In this document: positions 1 through 9,380 of the stretch, one piece after another
Numbering within the stretch: the first letter of the stretch is position 1
Layout: the number at the start of each line of letters is the position of its first letter
Source: Clostridia bacterium
Lineage (GTDB): Bacteria > Bacillota > Clostridia > JAAYHZ01
NCBI GenBank assembly: GCA_050950825.1
Contig: JBMNIH010000010.1
Coordinates: 160,001-224,000, forward strand
DNA length: 64,000 nt
Direction of reading: 5' to 3'
The notes under the pieces: generated by a model
What the model was told of the DNA's origin: nothing
Databases searched by the model: none
Seen by the model: the letters and a program-made list of their open reading frames with translations, nothing else
Position numbers and translations under genes: made by a program

Positions 1-179
1 TGCTATTGTCTTCATGAATTCTTAAATAGGTGATGTGTAATAATCAATTAAAAAAACAAATGTGGAAAAATTGATGGAAATGATATATGATACAGACAAG
101 ATTTAATCTTATCATAAGGGTGAACTCTCTCTTTTTATTTCCGAATGTATATTGACGCTATCAAAGCTTCAAAATGGGT

Positions 180-209
180 TTGACGTATCCTCTGCGGTTA
201 TTATATAAT
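180..209 (+). promoter_or_regulatory. sigmaA-like promoter of argS
   Basis: TTGACG-N18-TATAAT. Confidence 0.55.
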
Positions 210-345
210 GTTTCAAAATATGAAAACGATGTGAGCGAAAGAATTTGCTTTCACTGTGAATAATTTAGAAGAGCCGGGAAGAGTGCTCATTGAAAACGAA
301 CGGTATATGCAAGGGATACTCCTTGATGAATAAATAAACTTTGAT

Positions 346-360
346 AATTTTCTGGAAATT
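346..360. promoter_or_regulatory. CodY-box-like site in argS leader
   Basis: AATTTTCTGGAAATT, 1 mismatch to AATTTTCWGAAAATT; AT-rich context so chance match possible. Confidence 0.45.
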
Positions 361-366
361 TTAATT

Positions 367-394
367 CTTCGTCTCTTCTTTGACGAAGTTTTTT
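367..394 (+). terminator. leader terminator/attenuator before argS
   Basis: CTTCGTC-N8-GACGAAG followed by T6, 30 nt before ATG. Confidence 0.65.
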
Positions 395-424
395 ATTAAA
401 AATGATTGTTAAGGCAGGTATGAT

Positions 425-2116
425 ATGGACTACAGAAAAATAGTTTCCGAAATGATCAGTAAAGCATCCGATTTAGAGATTGATAAAATAGAAAACATGA
501 TAGAAGTTCCTGCAAATTCGGAGTTGGGCGATTACGCTTTGCCTTGTTTTAAGCTGGCATCGATCTATCGAAAGGCACCCGTATTGATTGCCCAAGAGCT
601 TGCGGGAAAGATATTACCCGACAGCCACATCAGCAATATACAAGCGGTAAACGGATATCTGAACTTTTTTGTCAATAAAGAATCCTTTTCGGCATCCGTG
701 TTGAATGAAATACTGGAAAAGAAGGACCGGTATGGCGACGACACGGTCGGAGGAGAGCAAACCGTTATTATTGAAAGCTCCTCTCCGAATATTGCGAAAC
801 CCTTCCATATCGGTCATTTGTGCTCCACCATCATCGGCCAATCCCTTTATCGGCTGTATGAAAGTGCAGGATACAAAGTGGTAAGAATCAATCACTTAGG
901 AGACTGGGGTACTCAATTCGGGAAGCTGATTTCGGCATACAAACGCTGGGGAGACGACCAAGCGATTCAGGAAGAACCCATAAAGGAATTGCTGCGTATC
1001 TATGTGAAGTTTCACGAGGAAGCGGAAAAAAACCCCGAACTGGAGGAAGAGGCTCGGAGATATTTTAAGAATCTGGAGGACGGATCTCCGGAGGAAACAA
1101 GGCTTTGGCAGTGGTTTAAGGATCTTAGCTTGAAAGAATTCAACAAACTGTACAATCGTCTGGGCGTCAGCTTTGATTCCTACAACGGCGAAAGCTTCTA
1201 TTCCGATAAAATGGACGAGGTCGTATCTTTATTGGAGGAAAAATCTTTGTTGAAGGAAAGCGACCAAGCGAAGATTGTGGATTTGGAACCGTATAATATG
1301 CCTCCTTGCATTATTGTAAAATCCGACGGTGCTTCCATTTATGCAACCCGGGATATTGCGGCGGCCATCTACAGAAAAAGAACCTATGATTTTTATAAAA
1401 ACATTTATGTGGTCGGTATACCCCAAGCGCTTCATTTCCAACAGTTTTTCAAGGTATTGGAGCTGATGGGATGCGAATGGAGCAAGGACTGCGTTCATGT
1501 CGGCTTTGCTCATGTTCGGTTTCCGGATAAAAAGCTTTCCACCCGTTCGGGAAACGTCATTTACTTGGAAGATGTTTTGGACGAATCGGTGAACCGTATC
1601 AAGGAATACATGACCAATACCAAGCTTGATGAAGATATGATTGAGCCTACCGCCGAAAAAATCGGAATCGGTGCGGTTATCTTTGCTTTTTTGAAAAGAT
1701 CGAGAGAAAAAGAGATGGTCTTTTCTTGGGAAGAAACATTAAACTTAGAAGGCGAATCCGGTCCTTACATTCACTACACTTACGCCAGAGGATTAAATAT
1801 CCTGCGTAAAGTGGAAGGCTTGGAAGACCGGCCGGACTTTTCTTTGCTGAAAGAAAAGGTGGAAATCGCAATTATTCAAAAACTGTCCGTATTACAAGAA
1901 ACGATTGCAGAAGCCATTAGTCGTAACGAACCGATGGTTATTGCACGGTATGTGATCGAGCTGTCCAAGCTGTTTAACTCGTTCTATAACTCTTGTAAAG
2001 TTATCACCGAGGAAATAAAATTAAAGACGGCACGGGCGAAATTAATTGAAGCATGCTGCATTGTCATTAAAAAATGCTTGTATTTATTGGGAATTGAAAC
2101 GGTAGATGCAATGTAA
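425..2116 (+). CDS. argS: arginine--tRNA ligase
   Basis: SSPNIAKPFHIGH, DWGTQFG, KSDG..YATRD, KLSTRSG motifs. Confidence 0.97.
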   Translation: MDYRKIVSEMISKASDLEIDKIENMIEVPANSELGDYALPCFKLASIYRKAPVLIAQELAGKILPDSHISNIQAVNGYLNFFVNKESFSASVLNEILEKKDRYGDDTVGGEQTVIIESSSPNIAKPFHIGHLCSTIIGQSLYRLYESAGYKVVRINHLGDWGTQFGKLISAYKRWGDDQAIQEEPIKELLRIYVKFHEEAEKNPELEEEARRYFKNLEDGSPEETRLWQWFKDLSLKEFNKLYNRLGVSFDSYNGESFYSDKMDEVVSLLEEKSLLKESDQAKIVDLEPYNMPPCIIVKSDGASIYATRDIAAAIYRKRTYDFYKNIYVVGIPQALHFQQFFKVLELMGCEWSKDCVHVGFAHVRFPDKKLSTRSGNVIYLEDVLDESVNRIKEYMTNTKLDEDMIEPTAEKIGIGAVIFAFLKRSREKEMVFSWEETLNLEGESGPYIHYTYARGLNILRKVEGLEDRPDFSLLKEKVEIAIIQKLSVLQETIAEAISRNEPMVIARYVIELSKLFNSFYNSCKVITEEIKLKTARAKLIEACCIVIKKCLYLLGIETVDAM

Positions 2117-2138
2117 ATACTATGCGGAGGGTGATAAA

Positions 2139-2954
2139 ATGGATAAGAAGTTTACGGTATTGGTTATCGGAGCACATCCCGATGATTGCGAGATTAAAGT
2201 AGGCGGGTTAGGAATCAAATGTGTCGAAAAAGGATACAGGGTAATATTCATGTCCGCTACCAACGGGGAAACCGGCCATCAAACGCTGAGTAATGAAGAG
2301 ACGGCTCGGATCCGTAAAGGAGAGTTTGAAAGATCCTGTAATATGGCCGGTATCGAATGTTTTGTGACCGACATTCCCAGCAATAAAATCTTACCGGATA
2401 TCATAACCAGGGAAATGTTCGTGCGAATTATTCGAGGTTATCAGCCGGATATTATCATTACCCACAGATTAAACGACTACCATCCCGATCATCGGATTAC
2501 GGCACAGCTGGTGCAGGATACTTCTTACGCCATCAAAGTGCCGAAGGTATGCCCGGATGTACCGCCGCTGCGTTATACTCCCGCTATCCTGTATATGTCC
2601 GATAGTTTCAAAAGACCTTACGAATTTTCTCCTCATATTGCCTTGGATATCGACGCCGTTTTGGACAAGAAGATGAGGATGTTGGCCTGCCACGAGTCCC
2701 AAGTTTACGATTGGCTGCCGTGGGTGGACGGAGTATCGGACCAAGTACCGGAGGATAAAGAAGAAAGATACTTGTGGATGAAAGAAGACCGTTCTTCTAG
2801 GGATAAAAAATGCGCCGATCGGTTCAGAGAGCTTTTGTGCAAACGATACGGAGAAGAAAAAGGCAAGAGTATCGTTTATGCGGAAGCCTACGAGGTCAGC
2901 GAATACGGAAGACAGTTATCTTTTGATGAGTTGGATGAGATATTCCCGAAATAA
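2139..2954 (+). CDS. PIG-L/LmbE family deacetylase
   Basis: AHPDDCE and YHPDH motifs; GGAGG RBS before ATG 2139. Confidence 0.9.
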   Translation: MDKKFTVLVIGAHPDDCEIKVGGLGIKCVEKGYRVIFMSATNGETGHQTLSNEETARIRKGEFERSCNMAGIECFVTDIPSNKILPDIITREMFVRIIRGYQPDIIITHRLNDYHPDHRITAQLVQDTSYAIKVPKVCPDVPPLRYTPAILYMSDSFKRPYEFSPHIALDIDAVLDKKMRMLACHESQVYDWLPWVDGVSDQVPEDKEERYLWMKEDRSSRDKKCADRFRELLCKRYGEEKGKSIVYAEAYEVSEYGRQLSFDELDEIFPK

Positions 2955-2969
2955 AGGAATGGAGATATA

Positions 2970-3005
2970 AAAGGGCGAGAATTGAATTTCCCGCCCTTTC
3001 GTTTT
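2970..3005. terminator. terminator between convergent genes
   Basis: AAAGGGCG...CGCCCTTT inverted repeat. Confidence 0.6.
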
Positions 3006-4197
3006 ATTTATTTGCGTAGTTATCGAAATAACGTTGAATGTATATGATAGGGGTACCTTTATCGCCGCTTCCTGACGTAAGATCCGCCAAGCTTCCAATA
3101 AGGTCGGTTAACCTTCTGGGGGTGGTCCCTTGCGATACGGCATTGCCCACCAAATCCGGTTCTTTTTTTCGAATATATTCGGTGACGGCTTTCGTCAATT
3201 CTTCTCCGCTTAAATCTTTGAAGTAGTTGTCCGCCAAATATTTTAATTTCACTTCGTTCGGTTTTCCTTCAAGTCCCGGAGTATATGCAGGTGAGACCAC
3301 AGGGTCCGCCAGCTCCCATATCTTTCCGACGGGATCTTGGAAAGCGCCGTCTCCGTATACCATAACTTCTACGGTTTTCCCGGTTCTTTTACGGATTTCT
3401 TCTTGGATGGCCATAACAATGACGTTGCAGCCTCGCGGAAACAATTTTACGCTGTCTTCCGATGCTTTGTTGGATCCTAAAAGTCCGTATTGTTCGTTGT
3501 ACCCGCTGTTGTCAACGGATTGTGAAAGTATATCGTCCAATCCGTAAAGAATATCGCAACCGGCATTGTTGATTAATCTTTTTGTTCGGGTTCTTGTATG
3601 GATGTCGCATACCAATACGTTTTTGGTGTACCGGAGGATCGTCACGGGGTTATTGGAAAATATGATTTCGCATTCCGCCCCGGCGTTTACCACCAATTCT
3701 TTATAGTATGTGACATAATCAACGCCTGTAAAGTAATGCTTTGTATAACCGAAATACTTGCGGAATTGCTCTTCCGTTAAAGTATCCGAATACGGATTTA
3801 TATTATATTGATCCAAAGAATCCGGATCAATCAAATGGTTTCCCACTTCGTCTTTAGGATAACTCAGCAAAAGGATTACTTTTTTAACGCCCTTTGCAAT
3901 CCCTTTTAAACATATGGCAAATCGATTTCTGCTTAGAATCGGAAACACGACACCCAATTCCGTATATCCGAATTTTTGTCTTATATCTTTGGCTATTTGA
4001 TCCGTGGTAGCATAGTTTCCTTGAGCGCGAGCGACCACCGATTCGGTTACGGCAACAATATCTTTATTCTCGATATCATAGCCTTCCGATTTGGCTGCAT
4101 TAACGACTACATCCGATACAATACGGACCACGTCGTCTCCTTTTTTAAATATCGGTGCTCGAAGCCCTCTTACTATTGTTCCTACCGCTCTTTCCAT
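3004..4197 (-). CDS. F420-0:gamma-glutamyl ligase (CofE-like) family protein
   Basis: GLRAPI, VTESVVARAQGN and DLTSGSGDKGTP motifs typical of the Firmicute family. Confidence 0.8.
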   Translation of the reverse strand: MERAVGTIVRGLRAPIFKKGDDVVRIVSDVVVNAAKSEGYDIENKDIVAVTESVVARAQGNYATTDQIAKDIRQKFGYTELGVVFPILSRNRFAICLKGIAKGVKKVILLLSYPKDEVGNHLIDPDSLDQYNINPYSDTLTEEQFRKYFGYTKHYFTGVDYVTYYKELVVNAGAECEIIFSNNPVTILRYTKNVLVCDIHTRTRTKRLINNAGCDILYGLDDILSQSVDNSGYNEQYGLLGSNKASEDSVKLFPRGCNVIVMAIQEEIRKRTGKTVEVMVYGDGAFQDPVGKIWELADPVVSPAYTPGLEGKPNEVKLKYLADNYFKDLSGEELTKAVTEYIRKKEPDLVGNAVSQGTTPRRLTDLIGSLADLTSGSGDKGTPIIYIQRYFDNYANK

Positions 4198-4351
4198 CTT
4201 TCACATCTCCTTACTATGTCAACTCCGCTAAAAAACGAATCAACGGCATCGCAAGTCACATTATACACGATGTGCTGATATAAAAAAAGTAAATAGTTAT
4301 TATGGTTGGTATAAGTTTAGTTTATGCGGGTCTTGGAAGAAAAGAAATCGA

Positions 4352-5059
4352 TCATAGGGATTCACTTTTTTTAGAGATACCGAAAAGTTCGATTTCTTTA
4401 TTAATGCTCTGCATTTCTTCATCGATCTGCGCTATGCGGTCGGCACAGGACTTCAAGCGCTCAAATAGGCTTTCCGCCGGACAATCCGCATTTTTATAAC
4501 GGATTTGATGCTCCAAGCTCGCCCAAAAATCCATGGCAATGGACCGTATCTGGATTTCTACCGGTGTTATATGGATTTTATCTTTTATGACCACGGGAGT
4601 GGAGACAATGATGTGCAAGCTTCGATATCCGTTCGGTTTAGGATTTTTAATATAGTCTCTTGTGCACATCAACGTAATGTCTTTTTGACTGCAAAGCATG
4701 TCGGCGACCGTATAGATATCGTCTTTAAAGTGGCAAATGACACGAATGCCTGCGATGTCCGTCAATACTTCCTTGGCCTTCTTAATACTCGGTTCGTAAC
4801 CTTTTCTTTTTAATTTGTTGAATATGCTTTCCGGTGTTTTTAGTCGGCTTTCAATATGATGTATAGAGTTACGATTGTATAATTTATAAAAATTATGATC
4901 GATGCTTTCCAGCTTTTCTATGATGTTCTCCATGGCTCGGTTATAAATTGTCTGCATTTCCGGAAGTTCATCATAGTTTTTACCTAATAATCTGCGCAGA
5001 TCGATAACGTTCTGTTTTTCCTTCGTCGATATATTTCTTTCAATGATGATCATTACCAT
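4352..5059 (-). CDS. small alarmone (p)ppGpp synthetase, RelA/SpoT domain (YwaC/YjbM-like)
   Basis: SRLK, DIAGIR, NGYRSLH, EIQIR..AMDFWASLEH motifs. Confidence 0.9.
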   Translation of the reverse strand: MVMIIIERNISTKEKQNVIDLRRLLGKNYDELPEMQTIYNRAMENIIEKLESIDHNFYKLYNRNSIHHIESRLKTPESIFNKLKRKGYEPSIKKAKEVLTDIAGIRVICHFKDDIYTVADMLCSQKDITLMCTRDYIKNPKPNGYRSLHIIVSTPVVIKDKIHITPVEIQIRSIAMDFWASLEHQIRYKNADCPAESLFERLKSCADRIAQIDEEMQSINKEIELFGISKKSESL

Positions 5060-5443
5060 ACTCCGTTTTCAATAATTTGTTTTGCTTTCAACGTTCTCAA
5101 AGTCGGTTACGACTTTTCGATTTTCCAACGTTAATAAGAACCTAAAAAACAAACACAGACAAACCCCCTGCAAAATTTACAGACGGTACCCAATATTTAT
5201 TTTATTCTTTCTTTCTACGAATTGATTTCCACCTTTTATATTTTAGCACGAAAGCCTCTTTTTAGTCAATTCAAGCGGATGCCAAATGGTACACCGAATG
5301 GTATAATTAACCGGGTTTACTTGTATCGATACTCTAATAAACTAGGAATCTCCTATAGATCTAGAAGTATTTGGCTCAAATTTTTTCGCTCTTATTCTTG
5401 ACTTTGATAAATCGATTATGATATATTTATATTCGCCTTGTAT

Positions 5444-5534
5444 GGAGAGATGGTCGAGCTGGTTTAAGGCACCGGTCTTGAAAACCGGCGTAGGCGTGAG
5501 CTTACCCTGGGTTCGAATCCCAGTCTCTCCGCCA
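5444..5534 (+). tRNA. tRNA-Ser(TGA)
   Basis: GGAGAGA/TCTCTCC acceptor stem, anticodon loop CTTGAAA, long variable arm, GTTCGAATC, encoded CCA. Confidence 0.96.
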
Positions 5535-5550
5535 ATTTCATATTTTTTAT

Positions 5551-5644
5551 GGAGAAGTACCCAAGTAGGCTGAAGGGGACGGTTTGCTAAACCGTTAGTA
5601 GGGGAATTACTCTAGCGAGGGTTCGAATCCCTCCTTCTCCGCCA
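5551..5644 (+). tRNA. tRNA-Ser(GCT)
   Basis: GGAGAAG/CTTCTCC acceptor stem, anticodon loop TTGCTAA, long variable arm, GTTCGAATC, CCA. Confidence 0.96.
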
Positions 5645-5650
5645 ACCATG

Positions 5651-5683
5651 CACCTTTCGAAGTTTTCGAAGGGTGTTATTTTT
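5651..5683 (+). terminator. terminator after tRNA pair
   Basis: CACCTTTCGAA/TTCGAAGGGTG stem plus T-rich tail. Confidence 0.75.
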
Positions 5684-5832
5684 ATCTCAAATATCGGGTT
5701 TTTTACGTCAAATGGATACTATTTGGGTACTATAGATAACAAAAAATACATAAAATTACGATAATCTATCTTTTTTTATCGATCGATTTCTCAATAAACC
5801 GGTCTCGGAATGCTGAATTACCGGTAGTCATA

Positions 5833-7860
5833 TTACAAGGAGGACAATACTCTTTCTATATCCTTTGTCGGCTCTTGGCATGCAAAGTCTTCGCATATAT
5901 ACGCGGTCACTTGGTTGTCCGTTATATAATCTCTCAGGTGAGGACAAACCTCATAAACGGATTCGTTCCCGTCATGGAATAGTACGGTTGTAAAGGGTAA
6001 GAATTCGCTGTCAACTCTTTTCCGTACTTTAATCAATTCATCTTTATTTTTTCCGGTAAAAATAATTTGACGATTCTTTCGGCTACCGGCCATAAGAGCC
6101 GTTACAAAGTGAATATGAGCGGCAGGTTCGTTGTTTATATCTTTTCCGAAGGCTTTAAAAATCTCATCGGCTTTTTCTTTCAATTGGAGATCCGATGTAT
6201 ATTCATATAACCGAAGCAGATTCATGGCGGCTACGGAATTTCCGGAAGGGGTTGCACCGTCATAGTGTTCTTTAGGCCGAAGAATCAACGATTCGTGGTT
6301 ATTTCCGTAGAAGAAAAATCCGCCCGATTGTTCGTCCCAAAACTCGTTTATCAATACTCGGTTAAAATCCAATGCTTTTTTCAAGTATTGAGAATCAAAT
6401 GTGGATTGATAAAGCTCAATTAAACCGTAAATCATGTAAGCGTAATCATCTAAAAACCCTGCTGCCGAATTTTCACCTTCTTTATATCCGTTAAGCAAAT
6501 GATTTTTTTCATCCGTCATATACCGAAGAATAAAGTTTACGGCTTTTTTTGCCGCTATAATATAATCGCAGCGCTGAAGTATTCGCCCGCCAATAGCTAA
6601 AGCTGCAATCATCATGCCGTTCCAAGAAACCAATATTTTCGTATCTTTAAATGGTCGAGTTCTTTTTAGACGCTCGAAACAAAGCCGTGTTCGAATTTCT
6701 TCCATCTCTTTTTTCAATAGCGGATCCATAGTATCCAAGTCGGTTTCAATCAGATTTAAAATGTTGGACCCGCTAAAGTTCCCTTCTTTGGTTACTCCGT
6801 AATATTTTTGCAGTAAGCTCATCTTGTTTTCATTGAACAGCTTAAACAGCTCATTATAGGACCATACGTAGAACTTGCCTTCTTCGCCTTCCGAATCGGC
6901 GTCTTCGGCAGAGTAAAAAGCACCGTCGCTCGAGGTCAGATCACGAAATACATAAGCAAATATCTTTTCGGCGATATCTTTATACAATTCTTTTTTGGTA
7001 CATGCATAGCATTCGGAGTAGGCGATAGCCAATAAAGCGTTGTCATAAAGCATTTTTTCAAAATGTGGAACCAGCCAAGCTTGATCGGTTGAGTATCGGG
7101 AAAAACCGTATCCTATGTGGTCGAATATTCCTCCTTTGTACATAGAGGTCAAGGTATGCTCCGCCATATGCAATGCATTTGTATCGGAGGTTATTTTGTA
7201 ATATCTCAAAAGAAAAAGCAAGTTATGAGGGGTGGGAAACTTTGGAGCCGTGCCGAATCCTCCGTATTTCGGATCGTAATCAGCCTTAAGCAAACGATAA
7301 GCCTTGTCAATAGTTTTGATATCCGGTTCTTCAGAAGGAATTACCATTGATTTTTTTAGGTATTTATCAATCTCCGTAATATCTTCATACAAGCGTTCTT
7401 TATCCGTTTCCCAGAGCTTTGCGAAGTATGTCAGGATGTCAATAAACCCTAAGTACCGTCCTTTGGTTTCCTTGGGAAAATAGGTACCGGCGTAAAACGG
7501 TTTTTGATCCGGAGTCATAAATATACTTAACGGCCAGCCGCCGGATCCGGTTATTCCTTGGCATACTCGCATATAGATGTGGTCAATATCCGGTCTTAGT
7601 TCCCTGTCCACTTTAATGGACACATAGTGTTTATTCAATATTTTTGCCACTTCTTCGTCTTCAAAGGATTCTTTCTCCATAACGTGGCACCAATGGCAGG
7701 TAGAGTAGCCGATGGAGAGGAAGATGGGTTTGTCTTCTGCTTTAGCTTTTTCAAAAGCTTCATCACTCCATGGAAACCAATCGACAGGATTGTATGCATG
7801 CTGAAGAAGGTAAGGGGATTTCTCATGGATTAGCCTATTGGCTTTCTTATTAGTTGACAT
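5833..7860 (-). CDS. YyaL/SSP411-like thioredoxin-domain protein
   Basis: [33 protein letters not shown] motifs. Confidence 0.92.
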   Translation of the reverse strand: MSTNKKANRLIHEKSPYLLQHAYNPVDWFPWSDEAFEKAKAEDKPIFLSIGYSTCHWCHVMEKESFEDEEVAKILNKHYVSIKVDRELRPDIDHIYMRVCQGITGSGGWPLSIFMTPDQKPFYAGTYFPKETKGRYLGFIDILTYFAKLWETDKERLYEDITEIDKYLKKSMVIPSEEPDIKTIDKAYRLLKADYDPKYGGFGTAPKFPTPHNLLFLLRYYKITSDTNALHMAEHTLTSMYKGGIFDHIGYGFSRYSTDQAWLVPHFEKMLYDNALLAIAYSECYACTKKELYKDIAEKIFAYVFRDLTSSDGAFYSAEDADSEGEEGKFYVWSYNELFKLFNENKMSLLQKYYGVTKEGNFSGSNILNLIETDLDTMDPLLKKEMEEIRTRLCFERLKRTRPFKDTKILVSWNGMMIAALAIGGRILQRCDYIIAAKKAVNFILRYMTDEKNHLLNGYKEGENSAAGFLDDYAYMIYGLIELYQSTFDSQYLKKALDFNRVLINEFWDEQSGGFFFYGNNHESLILRPKEHYDGATPSGNSVAAMNLLRLYEYTSDLQLKEKADEIFKAFGKDINNEPAAHIHFVTALMAGSRKNRQIIFTGKNKDELIKVRKRVDSEFLPFTTVLFHDGNESVYEVCPHLRDYITDNQVTAYICEDFACQEPTKDIERVLSSL

Positions 7861-8290
7861 ACGGGCGTTACCTTCCTTTCATAATTTGGTTTTATAGTAA
7901 AGTATTATTTTTATTTAACACTAAACTATTATTTGATAGAAAGCAATTATATATTCAAAGCAGGTATTTGGATGAACAAGATAACGGTAAACGCTTGGTA
8001 ATCGTTATGAGTTTGTATAATTTAATGGATTCGGGACTTGTACCGTGTATTTCTACCACAAATCATATAACTTATCCGACAATGCCGTATTGAATTTATC
8101 AAACCTACGATCTAAGTTTATCTAACAAATAACTCTTTCATTCTTTATGGAAAATATATCGTAAATAAAGGGAAGCCATTCTTCGGCGCGAAAACTGAAA
8201 ACATTCCGGTCCGTTTACTCATATTAGGGAAAAGGATTTTCCATGCTATTAACCCGCACTCTTCCGACATTGTTACACGCTACAATTCCG

Positions 8291-8428
8291 GTTAACATCC
8301 TATCGTTTCTCTTTACAGTTAACAACAGTTAACAAATATTAACGTTAATTAATAATAAATCTAATAATTTTATTAAAATATATTTACAATCGGTAATTAT
8401 CGGCATATAATATTAACAAAGAGTAACA
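8291..8428 (+). promoter_or_regulatory. DeoR-gene promoter with 10-bp-period TAAC repeats
   Basis: TTTACA(8383)-N17-TATAAT(8406); ACAGTTAACA x2 at 8315-8334 plus degenerate copies. Confidence 0.5.
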
Positions 8429-8482
8429 TAGATCGGACACGTGTTTGTCTTTATAATGACAAAGCTAAGGAGTGGATTTTAG

Positions 8483-9280
8483 ATGTTTATTGAGGAACGG
8501 CATCAAGCGATATTAAATTTACTTAAGGAAAACGGAAGAATCAAAATCAGTGATATCCAAAAAGAATTTAATATTTCTCTTGAATCCGCAAGACGTGACT
8601 TAAGAATTTTGGAGGAGAAAGGGCTTCTTAAAAGAACGCATGGAGGAGCGATACCCTTGATGCAAGTGGGATTTATACCTCCGCGTGTCAGAGAAATAAA
8701 GGAAGTGTTTGATAATTACGATGCAATTGCCAAAAAAGGAGCCGAATTTATTAAGGAAAACGATATCGTATATCTCACAAGCGGTTCTGTGGGATTCATA
8801 ATGCTAAAGTATTTGCCGCGAGATATAAATTATACTTTGGTTGTCAATTCCGTATCCCTCGCCAATGAATTAAAGCTATGGGACAATGTAAGTGTTTATG
8901 TTGTCGGAGGCAAGATGAGACAGCATAGCACTGCATCCATGGTGGATAGCCTTGCCACTTCTTTTGTGCGTAATATGCATTTTGATTTGAATCTTATGAC
9001 TGCCGGCGGAGTTGATGCTCAATTTGGCGTGTCGAACGGAACTGACGAGACCGCAACTTTCCAAAGAGCCGTTATTGAGAACTCTCGAAGAAATATCCTC
9101 TTAATGCCGAATCAAAAAATCGGGTTTAAGGCCTTCATTAAAGTGTGTGACGTCAATAAGTTTGATACATTGATAACCGATTGGGATGCATCGGAAGAGG
9201 AATTGGTTAAAATCCGGGAAGCCGGTGTTGAAGTAATTGTTGTTGAGAATGAGAAGGACGGCAACCCTGCCGATAAATAA
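8483..9280 (+). CDS. DeoR/GlpR family transcriptional regulator
   Basis: ERHQAI...SARRDL..LE..G...RTHGGA HTH plus sensor domain. Confidence 0.93.
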   Translation: MFIEERHQAILNLLKENGRIKISDIQKEFNISLESARRDLRILEEKGLLKRTHGGAIPLMQVGFIPPRVREIKEVFDNYDAIAKKGAEFIKENDIVYLTSGSVGFIMLKYLPRDINYTLVVNSVSLANELKLWDNVSVYVVGGKMRQHSTASMVDSLATSFVRNMHFDLNLMTAGGVDAQFGVSNGTDETATFQRAVIENSRRNILLMPNQKIGFKAFIKVCDVNKFDTLITDWDASEEELVKIREAGVEVIVVENEKDGNPADK

Positions 9281-9320
9281 AACCGTTTTAAGGATGTTAA
9301 GTGACAAAAAGAATTTTTGC

Positions 9321-9369
9321 GCTCCTGCAAAAACCGATTCGTTTCATTGCGGTTTTTGCAGGAGCTTTT
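9321..9369. terminator. terminator between convergent genes
   Basis: 16-bp perfect stem GCTCCTGCAAAAACCG/CGGTTTTTGCAGGAGC. Confidence 0.8.
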
Positions 9370-9380
9370 CCAAATTCAAA

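Noticed and set aside
3004-4197. Evidence of F420 biosynthesis
   Set aside because: The family is widespread in Firmicutes lacking F420; no cof/fbi genes nearby
4352-5059. Toxic alarmone synthetase toxin-antitoxin module
   Set aside because: Housekeeping YwaC/YjbM-type motifs and no adjacent antitoxin-like gene
7854-8093. 79-aa + strand ORF
   Set aside because: No RBS or motif; overlaps the yyaL start and upstream region
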